NCBI RefSeq assembly: GCF_004010195.1
Contig: NC_057755.1
Coordinates: 3,929,462-3,993,461 of the forward strand
Source: Chiloscyllium plagiosum
Lineage: Eukaryota
DNA: 64,000 nucleotides
Direction: 5' to 3'
A program made the translations under genes and the position numbers. How positions within the stretch are numbered: position 1 is the first letter of the stretch; each line of letters starts with the position of its first letter. The notes under the pieces were generated by a model, which did not search any database, was not told the DNA's origin, and worked only from the letters and a program-made list of their open reading frames with translations. Positions 54,041 to 64,000 of this stretch are shown here, in pieces.

Positions 54041-54471
54041 TAGTTGTTCATGTGAATCCAGATCCTGGACAACTGGCGACAAGGAATACATGCAGCAATG
54101 CATACATTCAGTGTGCGAGAAGAATCACAACTCAATCAGTAAGTTTAAAAATAGGAAGGACAGCTCTGAGACATATTTTCACATTTGGAATAAACTGTCC
54201 CAATGCAGCATCGGGTCCGATGCAGCATCAGTTGAAATATTTTTAGTTCTCAGGATGGGGGTCATGGTGTTTGAGTGGACGGTGTTATTGTTGGCAGATT
54301 CCAGATTCTGTTTTTTTCTTATTTCCTTCTGATGTATGAGCAGCAAAACTCCTCCATAATTGGGAAAAAACTCGTTATTGTAATTAGTTTGTTCATTGAC
54401 TCAAGTTTGAAAAGTAGCAACAAAGCTGAGTAATGTTGTCACCTCGATCTCCCCAAGGAGCTTCCACACAG

Positions 54472-54477
54472 TATAAA
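54472..54477 (+). promoter_or_regulatory. Candidate TATA box of the GPCR gene
   Basis: ccacacagTATAAAg about 90 nt upstream of the ATG. Same context (TATAAG) kept in the intronic duplicate (55510) and in the pseudogene (47402-47397, - strand). Confidence 0.5.
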
Positions 54478-54563
54478 GAAGTGTCTCTGGGAATGCATCA
54501 GCTCAGAGTTTAAACAAGGAGCTTGTCAGCTGCCTGAAGAGACAGGTCACCTCGCCCAGAAAA

Positions 54564-54630
54564 ATGCACCGACCAATTCAACAAGTGGAGAAAGTGTTCT
54601 ACACCATCCTTGCTTTTATTGGTATTCCTG
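54564..54630 (+). CDS. GPR139/GPR142-like class A GPCR, coding exon 1 (MHRPIQQVEKVFYTILAFIGIP + 1 nt)
   Basis: ATG at 54564, 67-nt open frame encoding the N-terminus and first half of TM1, ending at donor CCTG|gtaagg. Phase 1 joins in frame to exon 2 (G+GT = Gly, giving IGIPGNLLAI). Too short for the ORF track. Confidence 0.85.
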
Positions 54631-55320
54631 GTAAGGCTTTAATACAATTGATTCTATTGTAATCTGCTGCTGATCTGGTGTCTGGTTTTATCCTTCGAAC
54701 AATAATGTCTACAGCTCACTAACTGGTCAGCCTTATCCAGGCACGGGGACAGTGTCACTGAGCAGCATTCTCGGTACAATTCTCCACTGACAGAGACTCC
54801 CAACCTCACTGCTGCTGCAACATTCTCTGATCTCAGTATTCTGTCATTTGTTCGATTTCATACGGTTTGAATGTATAAAGAGAGACCATGCAAGTTAGGT
54901 CTGATGAAGGACTCAAACCTCTAATTCTGCTTTGTCTCCATAGATTATACCAAACCTCTCAGTTTCTCCAACAATTTCTGTTCTGTTACACAAATGAGGT
55001 CTGTTTTCTAGAGGATCTGGAAGATGAATGGGTGATCTGATTTGATGCTTTCAAGATATTGACTGGAAAAGACAGGCTGGACAAGGATGAACTTTTTCCA
55101 CTGGTTGGGGGATTCTAGAATGTGGGGGCATAGTCAGAGAATGAGGGACAGAATGAAGCACTGCGACACACAAAGGGTGGGAGAAGTTTCTAACACTCTT
55201 CATCATAAGGCAGTGGATGCTGGATCAGTTGTTGATTTTCAATCTGACATACATAAAATTTTGCTTCGCATTTGTATTAAGGGGTATTGGACAAAAGCAG
55301 ATGTATAGACTTAGGTCAGA

Positions 55321-55745
55321 GTGTTATTGCCAGCAGATTCCAGATTCTATTTTTGTTACTTCTTTATGATGTACAGGCCAGTAACAGTCCTTCATTGTTG
55401 GAATTAACACGTTATTGTAATTAGTTTGTTCATTGACTGAAGTTTGAAAAAACAACAACAAAGCTGAGCCATGCTGTGACCTCGATCACCCAAAGGAGCT
55501 TCCACACAGTATAAGGCAGTGTCCCTGGGAATGCATCAGCTCAGAATTTCAAACAAGAGCTTGTCAGCTGCTAAAGGGACAGATCACCTTGCATGGAAGA
55601 GGTGATCAATTCAACATGTGTAGAAGGTGTTCTACACCATCCTTGCTTTGATTGGTATGCCTTGTATGGCTTTGTGATAAATGAAATGATTTTTTTAAAT
55701 CTGCAGCTGCTTTGCTCTCTGGTTTTAACTTTTGAAGAATAATGA
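55321..55745 (+). pseudogene. Duplicated promoter and exon 1 of the GPCR gene, degenerate, inside its intron
   Basis: Similar to about 54282-54710. Reads IQHV*KVFYTILALIGMP with TAG at 55621-55623, the ATG at the homologous position is lost, and the donor is gtatgg. Confidence 0.82.
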
Positions 55746-58183
55746 TCTCAGTGAATGATAGAAAACGATTAATGTCGTGAGTGACCTACTCCTGTTCCAA
55801 TGTTCCATTGTAAAATTCAGTATACAGACTCTGCGTTGAGAATTTCTGAGCCTTGGAATGTACTTGAGCGGGAATCTCTGTCAGTACAGAATTATACTTC
55901 GTATGGGGTCTTTTAATATGATGAAAAAGCTGACTTTATATTTCACATTTTGCTTTGGAGCTGTCTATTTCTCCATTTCATGAAACTGCTTCAATTTTTA
56001 TGCGATTTTGATGAGTATGTAAAAGTAAACTTTTTTGTGAGTCTGAAGTGTAAGGAGTGATATATGCACAGATTTCCTGGTTCTGAAAGAACTTGCCCCG
56101 CAGAAAGAGCAGTGAGTGTATGCCAATCTGTGTACAGTGATATCGTATTCTGCAAGCCTCCATATATTGACTAAAGCTTACACTGAGTGAAAACACCTTG
56201 AGCAGATATTTTATTGTAAATATAACCTATTTGACTAATGCAGTGGAGTTTCTGTGAAACATAAACGTTGAACAACTATTGGGATTTAGTTCATGAGCTA
56301 TTAAGTTCTAACTGATCAGTGATTGATGGATCAAATTTTATCTGCAACTTGGAGTCGTTTTACAGGTAAACTGCCAATCTTGATCCTTGCTTAGTGTGAG
56401 CTTTGTGACTCTGATGATAAATGGCCACAACTGAGGAACAATTGTTGAAAAACAAGAAACGTGTCGAGATCAGACAGTAGTTTGTGACCAGTAACGCGTG
56501 TAGACTGTTCATGATGAACTGGACAGTGGACATCTCTTAGTTCTGGGGCCAAAGTTACTGCTGTAATTGACGCGTTGGATGAAGGATGGCTGTTCCTGAT
56601 GGTGGGGGAGTCCAGAACCAAGAGTCATCATTGAATCAAAAGGTGAAAAGCATTGAGGATTGAGATGAGGAGAAATTTCTTCACCCAGAGAGTGGTGAGC
56701 CTGTGGAACTCTCCCTCAGGTAATGGTTGAGGCCAAACATTATGCGTTTTCAAGATGAAGGGGATAAACCTCTTGTAGTTAACGGGATGAAGGAATATTG
56801 GGGTGAGGGTGGGATTAGGGGATTGAGCTTGATGATCAGCCATGATCATGTTGAATACTGGGGCAGGTGTGAGGGGCCGAATGGCCTACTCCTGTTCCTA
56901 TCTTCGATGTTTCCACATATCTCGAAAATGAGTGGATAACTTTATGAATGATGGGTAGCAGCTGAAACGTTCTCAGTTTAAATTCTAGAATCATAAATTA
57001 TAGAAGTGGCCTTTCATCCATTGAGTTCTGTACCACCAAAGATAAAGTAAATCCAGACTAGTCAACCCTTACCGTACCAGTCCCATAGTATTCAATGTTA
57101 TGACACTGCACATACTTTATCAAATAACACTTCTCTAACTCACGGAACTACCTCTGTCTTACCAATTTGATTATGTCCTCCTGTAATCTAACATCCTCCT
57201 CCTCAATGTCACCAAGCAGCAAAACCTTGTGTCATCTGCAAACATGCTAACATCAGCACCACCCCTCCTCATGACCCCAACTTCACCCTCCAACCCCAAC
57301 GCACACTCTCTCAACTCCATTATTTATACCTACCAGGAACATTAAGGAATCCAGCACTGATCCCTATGATTCACCTCTGGGCACTGCTTATTCACTAAGT
57401 GCAGCAAACTCATTTCAGATGTCAGTTTAAGATCAACGTATTTCTATTTTTAACTTCCATCACCCTGGACATGATTCTCGATGTTTTGTTTGGATGAGTG
57501 GTATCTTATTAACCTGCGTTGCTGTTTTTCTTGCTTGTAAACCTAGTCCCTTGATACCCTCAGAAGTCTGTTACTGAGATATTTTTGAGAACCTGATCCG
57601 AATGAGCAAACAGGCAGAGCCGATAACTATTTATTATTTATCATTTAAAATTCAGCTCATTCACTTTATACATGGTTCAATCACCACACACTCTCTGCTT
57701 CCTTGTGTCAACTTCACCGTCATATCAATTTGAGTTGCAGAGACATAAACTTACAAATCTCCAGCACAGATACAGGACATTCATCCATTATATGCAAACC
57801 ATTCAAAAACAAGCAGCTAACTATTCTAATCACATTTTCCAACATTTGTAGGAATATAGGAACAGTAGTAGACCAGTCAAGCCTTCAAACCAATTAACCA
57901 TCCAATTTATCACACTATTTAAAATAGTTCCCTTACAGGGGAAGCCCCTGGTGGTGGGGAGGGCATGAGCCCATTTCCTCACCTGACTCCAAAACTCTCT
58001 GGTGTTATTGGGTTGGAGGCAAAATGGGGCAGGAGCAACTGTCTTAAACCCAACCACTTGCAAACATCCACTCCCCTAGTCCCAGATTTTATGATGGTAA
58101 AATCGAATTATTCCTCTGTGGAATAGGCAGAAGGAGTTTCTGATCAGTAATTCATGGCGTCTTTTTCCATTTGCCTTCCACAG

Positions 58184-59061
58184 GTAATTTACTGGCGATT
58201 GTTATTCTTTCTCGGGGAAAGTGTGGACTTTTGCCTTGCACTTCTTATTACCTCATGGTTATGGCAACTGCTGATCTGATGGTCATTATTATTGAGGTTA
58301 CTGTGAGGAAATTTCGCACTTATTATTACCCACGGTGTTTCCTGGACATCACTCCCGTGTGTAGTGTTACTGGGGTGCTCTTACGGACAGCCAGGGACTG
58401 CTCTGTCTGGTTCACCATCACTTTCTCCTTTGACAGATTTGTGACCATTTGTTGTCAGAAACTGAAAACAAAATATTGCACTGAGAAAACCGCGACTGTG
58501 GTTCTAGCAACAACCTTTACCCTGTTCTGCTTGAAAAACATCCCCTTCTATTTTCAATATGAGCCTCAGTGGATAATCAACAATGTGCCATTCTACTGTG
58601 TTACAAAGTCAAGCTACTATACTGAGACTTCGTGGGTGGTATTGGATTGGCTTGATACGGTTTTGACCCCTTTACTTCCATTCACTTTGATTCTATTCGT
58701 CAATGCTCTGACAGTCAGACACATTTTAGTTACCAGTCAAGTCCGGAAGAAGCTGAAGGGTGAGAGCAAAATAGAGAATCACAGAGACCCAGAGATGGAG
58801 AGCAGAAGGAAGGCTGTGATTCTGATGTTCACCATCTCTGGGAGCTTCATCCTCCTGTGGTTAATCAATGTTGCAAGTTTCTTATATTATGCCATTCCAG
58901 GAAGCAATCCTGACGATTCCCAGCAGTTTCTATATCATTTCAAAAAGGTAGGTTATATTCTGCGAAACCTAAGTTGTTGCACAAACACATTTGTTTATGC
59001 AGCAACATTGTCTTCGTTCAGAGCAAAGTTTAAGAATGCAGTAAAATCTCTGCTTACATAA
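58184..59061 (+). CDS. GPR139/GPR142-like class A (rhodopsin-family) GPCR, coding exon 2; spliced protein 314 aa
   Basis: Acceptor ctttttccatttgccttccacag|GT. Uninterrupted frame with GN (TM1), MATADL (TM2), Cys and FDRF (TM3), ECL2 Cys, TPLLP (TM5), SFILLW (TM6), NTFVY (TM7) and helix-8-like FRAKF. 67+878 = 945 nt. Confidence 0.9.
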
Positions 59062-59144
59062 ATTTCTCAAATTAAGAATACACAAATTTCCAGAGTGAAA
59101 TCCATACACGAGCCATACTCTTTCACAACCATGGTTTTTTTAAA

Positions 59145-60020
59145 AAAATTCACTCGTGGACCGTGGGGTCGCTGACTGAGTGAGGGTTTTTCCCCTTCCC
59201 TAGTTTCCCCTAGAGAAGCTGATGGTGACCTGCCTTCCAGAACCCCTGTAGTCTATGTTGATCCACAGTGAGGGCGTTCCAAGACTCTCACTCAGCAACA
59301 CTAAAAGAATGGTAATATTATTTCTAAGTTAGGATGGTGAGTAGCTTGGAGGGGAACTTGCAGGGGGTGGTGTTCGCATGTAACTGCTGACCTTGTCCGT
59401 CCTGCGGTTGGAAGGGGCTGGCAAAGTATCTTTGGTGAATTTCGGCAGTACATCTTGTGGATAGTACAATATCATGCTCCTGAGCGTCGGTGGTGGTTTG
59501 GGTGGATGGAGTCATAGAGTCATAGAGATGTACATCATGGAAACAGACCCTTCGGGTACAACCCATCCATTCCAATCAGATACCCCAAACCAGTCCAGTC
59601 CCTGCCAGCACTCGGCCCATATCCCTCCAAACACTTCCTATTCATAGAGCCATCCAAATGCCTCTTAAATGTTGCAATTGTACCAGCCTCCACCACTTCC
59701 ACTGGCAGCTCATTCCATACACGTACTACCCTCTGTCTGAAAAAGTTGGCATGTAGGTCTCTTTTATACCTTTCCCCTCTCAACCTAAACATATACCCTC
59801 TTGTTTGGACTCCCCGACCCCAGGGAAAAGACTTTGCCGATTTACACTATCCATGCCCCTCATAATTTATAGAAGATCCCCCCTCAGCCTCCGACGCTCC
59901 AGGGAAAGCAGCCCCAGCCTGTTCAGCCTCTCCCTACGTTTATGAATTGTTTGCCAATCTAGTGGGATGCTTTGCCCTGGATGGCCTTGAGCTTCTGGAG
60001 TGCTTCTTAGAGCTTATTGG
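59145..60020 (-). mobile_element. L2-like LINE 3' end with nested CR1 3' end (59510-59935)
   Basis: FFRQRVVRVWNELP; gagtcatagagtcatagag tail on the - strand. Confidence 0.75.
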
Positions 60021-61499
60021 CTGATTAAGGGGATGCATTTGGCTAGAATCATAGGACTCTGGGTATCCAGGTTCAAATCGTGCCAAGGCTAGTGAAATTT
60101 GGATTCAAAAATAATCTGGAATTCAGAGTCTAATGGTAACCATGACGCTGTTGTCAATTGGTTCGCTGATGTCCTTGAGAGCCAGAAACTGCCATCTTTA
60201 CAGAGTCTGACCTCCACGTGACTCCAGACGCACAGCAATATGGTTGTCTCTTAACTGCCCCCCGGAATGAGCAAGAAATACCGGCCGAGTGAGTGATAAA
60301 CTCATCCGAAGCATTAAAATTTAAAAAAAAAGCTCTCAAGGCAGGGACAACAGTTGTTTAGAGACAGAGTGAAACTCCCTGTACATTGCCCATGAACCAG
60401 CCCAAAACCATTCTCCATCTGGGCGAGTATTGCATGTCTGCTTTATCAAGGTTGTAGCTTTCATTTGTCAATGTTTGCTTATGAAGAGGATTGTGAGAAT
60501 GGCCGGTATTCTGATCGGTGAAGTTTTCAATGATAAACCCAAGAATCTGACAAGGCCACTCACTCAGGAAGGGGATAGACAGGGAAACGCATTTTGAAAA
60601 GGGAGGTTTCTTCTGGACCTTCCACTGGAGGCAGGTGGTTGCATTGAAGATGCGTTAATTTGTCAGGAAAAAAATGATCTGCGTCCGATCTCTCCCTATA
60701 TTCAGTTTATCCCTGCCTCACTGGGAACACAGACACAGATCTGACACTCCGTTCCCATCTGCTTCACTGTCAATGTAACAAGGCACTTTGATGACACACA
60801 CAGCAGCAGTACAGTTGACCCAAGTGGAGTGATTGCTTATTGACAAGAGACTCACAATCTCTGGGGAACTGGTGGGAGGGCCAACACAAGCAGGACCCCG
60901 CATCCCATATGAGAAGTACATTCCGGGCTGACATCCCACTTTTGTCCACCTCCTCCAATGTACCTTTCCAACTCCCTACTCCAATATCAAATCAGAACAA
61001 GTATTACAAAGTCAAAAAGGACTTTTGCATTTCATTTTTTCTGTGTGATACTTTGATGTTTGAAATTCGTGTGAGTATTGTGAAGCTGGTCTGTCCCTAG
61101 TTGTATTTGTCATGTTACTATCCTGTCGACACAATCCATTTCCAAACCTTCGAGGCGACTGTGAACACTTTCAGGCTCGGTTGCTGAAAGAGGAATGTGT
61201 CCAACAAAGGATCGTCAAAATCAAAGACAGAGGAATTCAAACACTGCCGCTATGAGGAATGACTGAGTAAAGTAAGACAATATAATTTAGGATTAAGTCC
61301 ATAAGAAATAGCAGCAGCTGAGGCCATCGGCTCCTCGAGCCTGCTCCACCATTCCACAGGATCATGGCTGATTCGAAAGACCTCACATCTACTTTCCAGC
61401 CCTTTACCCTATAACCTTTGATTCCGGACTGATCAAAAATCTATATAACTCCACCTCAAATATACACAAGGACGCTGCCCACAGCTGCCTGCGGGGAGG

Positions 61500-62200
61500 A
61501 AGGCTTATCTGCTAAATGTCGACTCTCCTGCTCCTCAGGTGTTGCCTGACCTGCTTAGCTTTTTTCAGTGCCACACGTTTTGACTCTGATTCTCCAGCAT
61601 CTGGAATCCTCAATCGTAGCCCTTGCTCCAGCCCTGCTCCGGCACAACATTTTTTTATTGGATATATGGATGATATCATCAGTGCGACTTCCCTCTCAGG
61701 TCCAGAATTGGCAAAGGTCATCTATTTTGCTTCCAGTTTCTACCCTACCTTCACTTTCTCCTGGCTTATCTCTGACTCCTTCATCCCCATCTTCAACGTC
61801 ACTGTTTCAATTCCTGGAGGTGGACTGGACACTAATGTCCAGTATAAACCGACTGACCTGCGCAGTCACCCAGACGATACACACTCAGACCCTGTTTCCT
61901 GTAAAGACCCTATTCCATTCTCCCAGTTCATCCGTCTCCATTGCTGTTTCGACGAGGCCAACTTCGACAAGGGAGCCTCTACAATGTCCACCTTCTTTCT
62001 CAACCAAGGATTCCCCAGCACCGTTGTTGACAGGGTCCTCAACTGGGGTCGAAACATCTCCCGCCCTTCCGCCCTCACCCCCTCTCTTCCTGCCCACAGC
62101 AGTGACAGGATTCCCCTTGTCCTTACGTACCATCTCACCAGCATTGCCATCCAGAAGATCATCAGCCCCCATTTCCGCCACCTCCAACCAGACACACACA
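61500..62200 (+). mobile_element. Penelope RT fragment
   Basis: GYMDDI, YKPTD, IPFSQFIRL, RIPLVLTYH, preceded by a terminal repeat. Confidence 0.88.
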
Positions 62201-62204
62201 ACTC

Positions 62205-63505
62205 AATGTTGGACTGAAGGTATAGACCTGAATGTGCGTAGTATAATAAATAAGAACGATGAGCTGGTGACACAGATCAAAATTGGAAGGTATGATGTGG
62301 TGGGCATAATTTAGACAGGACTACAAGTGGTTCAGGACTGGGAGCTAAATATCCAACGATATATGCCTGATCCTAAAGACAGGAGGTGGGCAGAGAGAGT
62401 ATGGTTGCCTTGTGAGTAAACCAATGAAATTAAATCAATAGCAATAAACAAAGTCGGGTCAGATTATATAGAATCTGTGTGGGTAGTGCTCAGGATTGCA
62501 AAGGTAAAATACCATAATGGGAGTTATCTACAGGCTTTGAAGTAGTTGTCAATATTTGGGACAGAAGCTACTTAAGGAGATAGAAGAGGCGTGTAAGAAA
62601 AGTAAGGTTACATCGATCATGGGAAGGTTTCAATATGCAGGTGGATTGGGAAAATCAGGTTGGTAGTAGATTGCAAGAAAATGAATTCGTGGAATGTCTA
62701 TAGGATGGCTTTTGGAGCAGCTTGTGGTGGAGCCCACTAGGGAACACGCAATACTGGATTTAGTGTTGTGCAATGAGGCAGACTTGATAAGGGAGCTTAA
62801 GGTGAACGAACCCTTAGGAGGCAGCGATAATAACATGATTGTAGTCACTCTGCACATTGAGAGGTAGAAGATGGAAGCAGATATAACTGTACCATTGTTG
62901 AATAAAGGCAACGACAGAGGCATGAGCTGACCAAAATTGACAGGGAGTGAAGCCGAACAGGAACGACAGTGGAACAGCAATGGCAGGGGTTTCTGGGAGA
63001 CACAGTTAAACTTTATCTCGAAGAAAAAGAAGCAGACCAAATGGACTATGAGTCAACCATGGTTTGCCAGCGAAGTCAGGGACAGCATAAAAGCAAAAGA
63101 GGAAGCATGTAGTGTGACGGAGGGCAGCGGGAAGTCAGAGAATTTGGAAGCTGACAAAGACCAACAGTTGATAACGAAGAAAGAAATAAAGAGCAAGAAG
63201 AGTAAATATGAAGCTAAGCTAGTCAGTAATGTTAGGGAACGTTGCAAAACTTTCTGTAGATATGTAAAGAACAAAGGAGAGGCAGAAGAAGACATTAGGC
63301 TGCTGGAAAATGATTCTGGAGAACTTGTAATTGGCAACAAAGAAATAGCTGAGGAAATGAATGAATACATTGCGTCAGTCTTCATGTGGAAGATAACACA
63401 TTATTCCTAAAGTTCAAGGGGGGACGGGGGACGGAAATGAGTACAGTAGCCATCATCAAGGAGAAGGTGCTAGAAAAACTGAAATGTCTGAAAGTGGACA
63501 AATCA
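62205..63505 (+). mobile_element. CR1 ORF2 endonuclease region, inactivated
   Basis: LNVRSIINK, YDVVGI, LDLVLCNE, GSDNNMI; ends at KVDKS. Confidence 0.85.
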
Positions 63506-64000
63506 CGTGGAACAGTTGGCTACACGTCCATCCGCCATGACTAGGGCCTCCAAGCTTACCGCTTCTTCATCTCCCGACGTCCCCACCAGTACCCTTCCAC
63601 TGACACTCTTATTCGTTTGGCTGAACTGGCCCTTACCCTCAACAATTTCTCCTGAGAATCCTCCCACTTGCACCAGAAGAAAGAGTAGCCATGGGCACCC
63701 GCATGGACCCCAGCTAGGCCTGTCTTTTTGTCAGTTGCACCACAGAACACACCAGATGGCCTCCTTCTTAAAAGACCGTAATTTCCCTGAGAATCCTCCC
63801 ACTTGCACCAGAAGAAAGAGTAGCCATGGGCACCCGCATGGACCCCAGCTAGGCCTGTCTTTTTGTCAGTTGCGTGAAACAGTCCATCATCCATAGTCAC
63901 ACCGGCACCACACCCCACCTGTTCCTCTGCTACATGGATGACTGCATCGGTGCCACCTTGTGGTCCCATGAAGAGGTCGAACAGTTCATCAACTTCACCA
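63506..64000 (+). mobile_element. Penelope RT fragment (runs off the window)
   Basis: LIRLAELALTLNNF, VAMGTRM, YMDDCIG. Confidence 0.88.

Noticed and set aside
58171..58183. ORF-track start MPST of the GPCR
   Set aside because: It is a TTG within the intronic polypyrimidine tract and acceptor; the real start is in exon 1.
61516..62314. 233-aa and 248-aa overlapping ORFs with a signal-peptide-like start
   Set aside because: Penelope terminal repeat read into a truncated RT fragment; no evidence of domestication.

Overview
Vertebrate genomic DNA, very probably from a cartilaginous fish (shark-type CR1/HER1 LINEs, HE1-like tRNA SINEs, Penelope elements, Gmr1-type Gypsy LTR elements, an L1). 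Most of the window is decayed, nested retroelements, and nearly all ORFs in the track are fragments of these. The only host-gene content I can support is a head-to-head pair of two-exon class A GPCRs resembling the GPR139/GPR142 group. One is apparently intact (+ strand, exon 1 54564-54630, exon 2 58184-59061, 314 aa). The other is a pseudogene (- strand, 47308-47242 and 45803-44946). A third, dead copy of the promoter and exon 1 lies inside the intact gene's intron. The pair comes from an inverted segmental duplication, and a second inverted duplication links about 8.7-12.7 kb with 26.8-31.2 kb. Penelope terminal repeats of three families carry minimal hammerhead-ribozyme cores and often occur as inverted hairpin-like pairs. 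There is a 598-N assembly gap. Family assignments come from motif recognition by eye, and repeat boundaries are approximate. I found no evidence of a prokaryote-type novel system.
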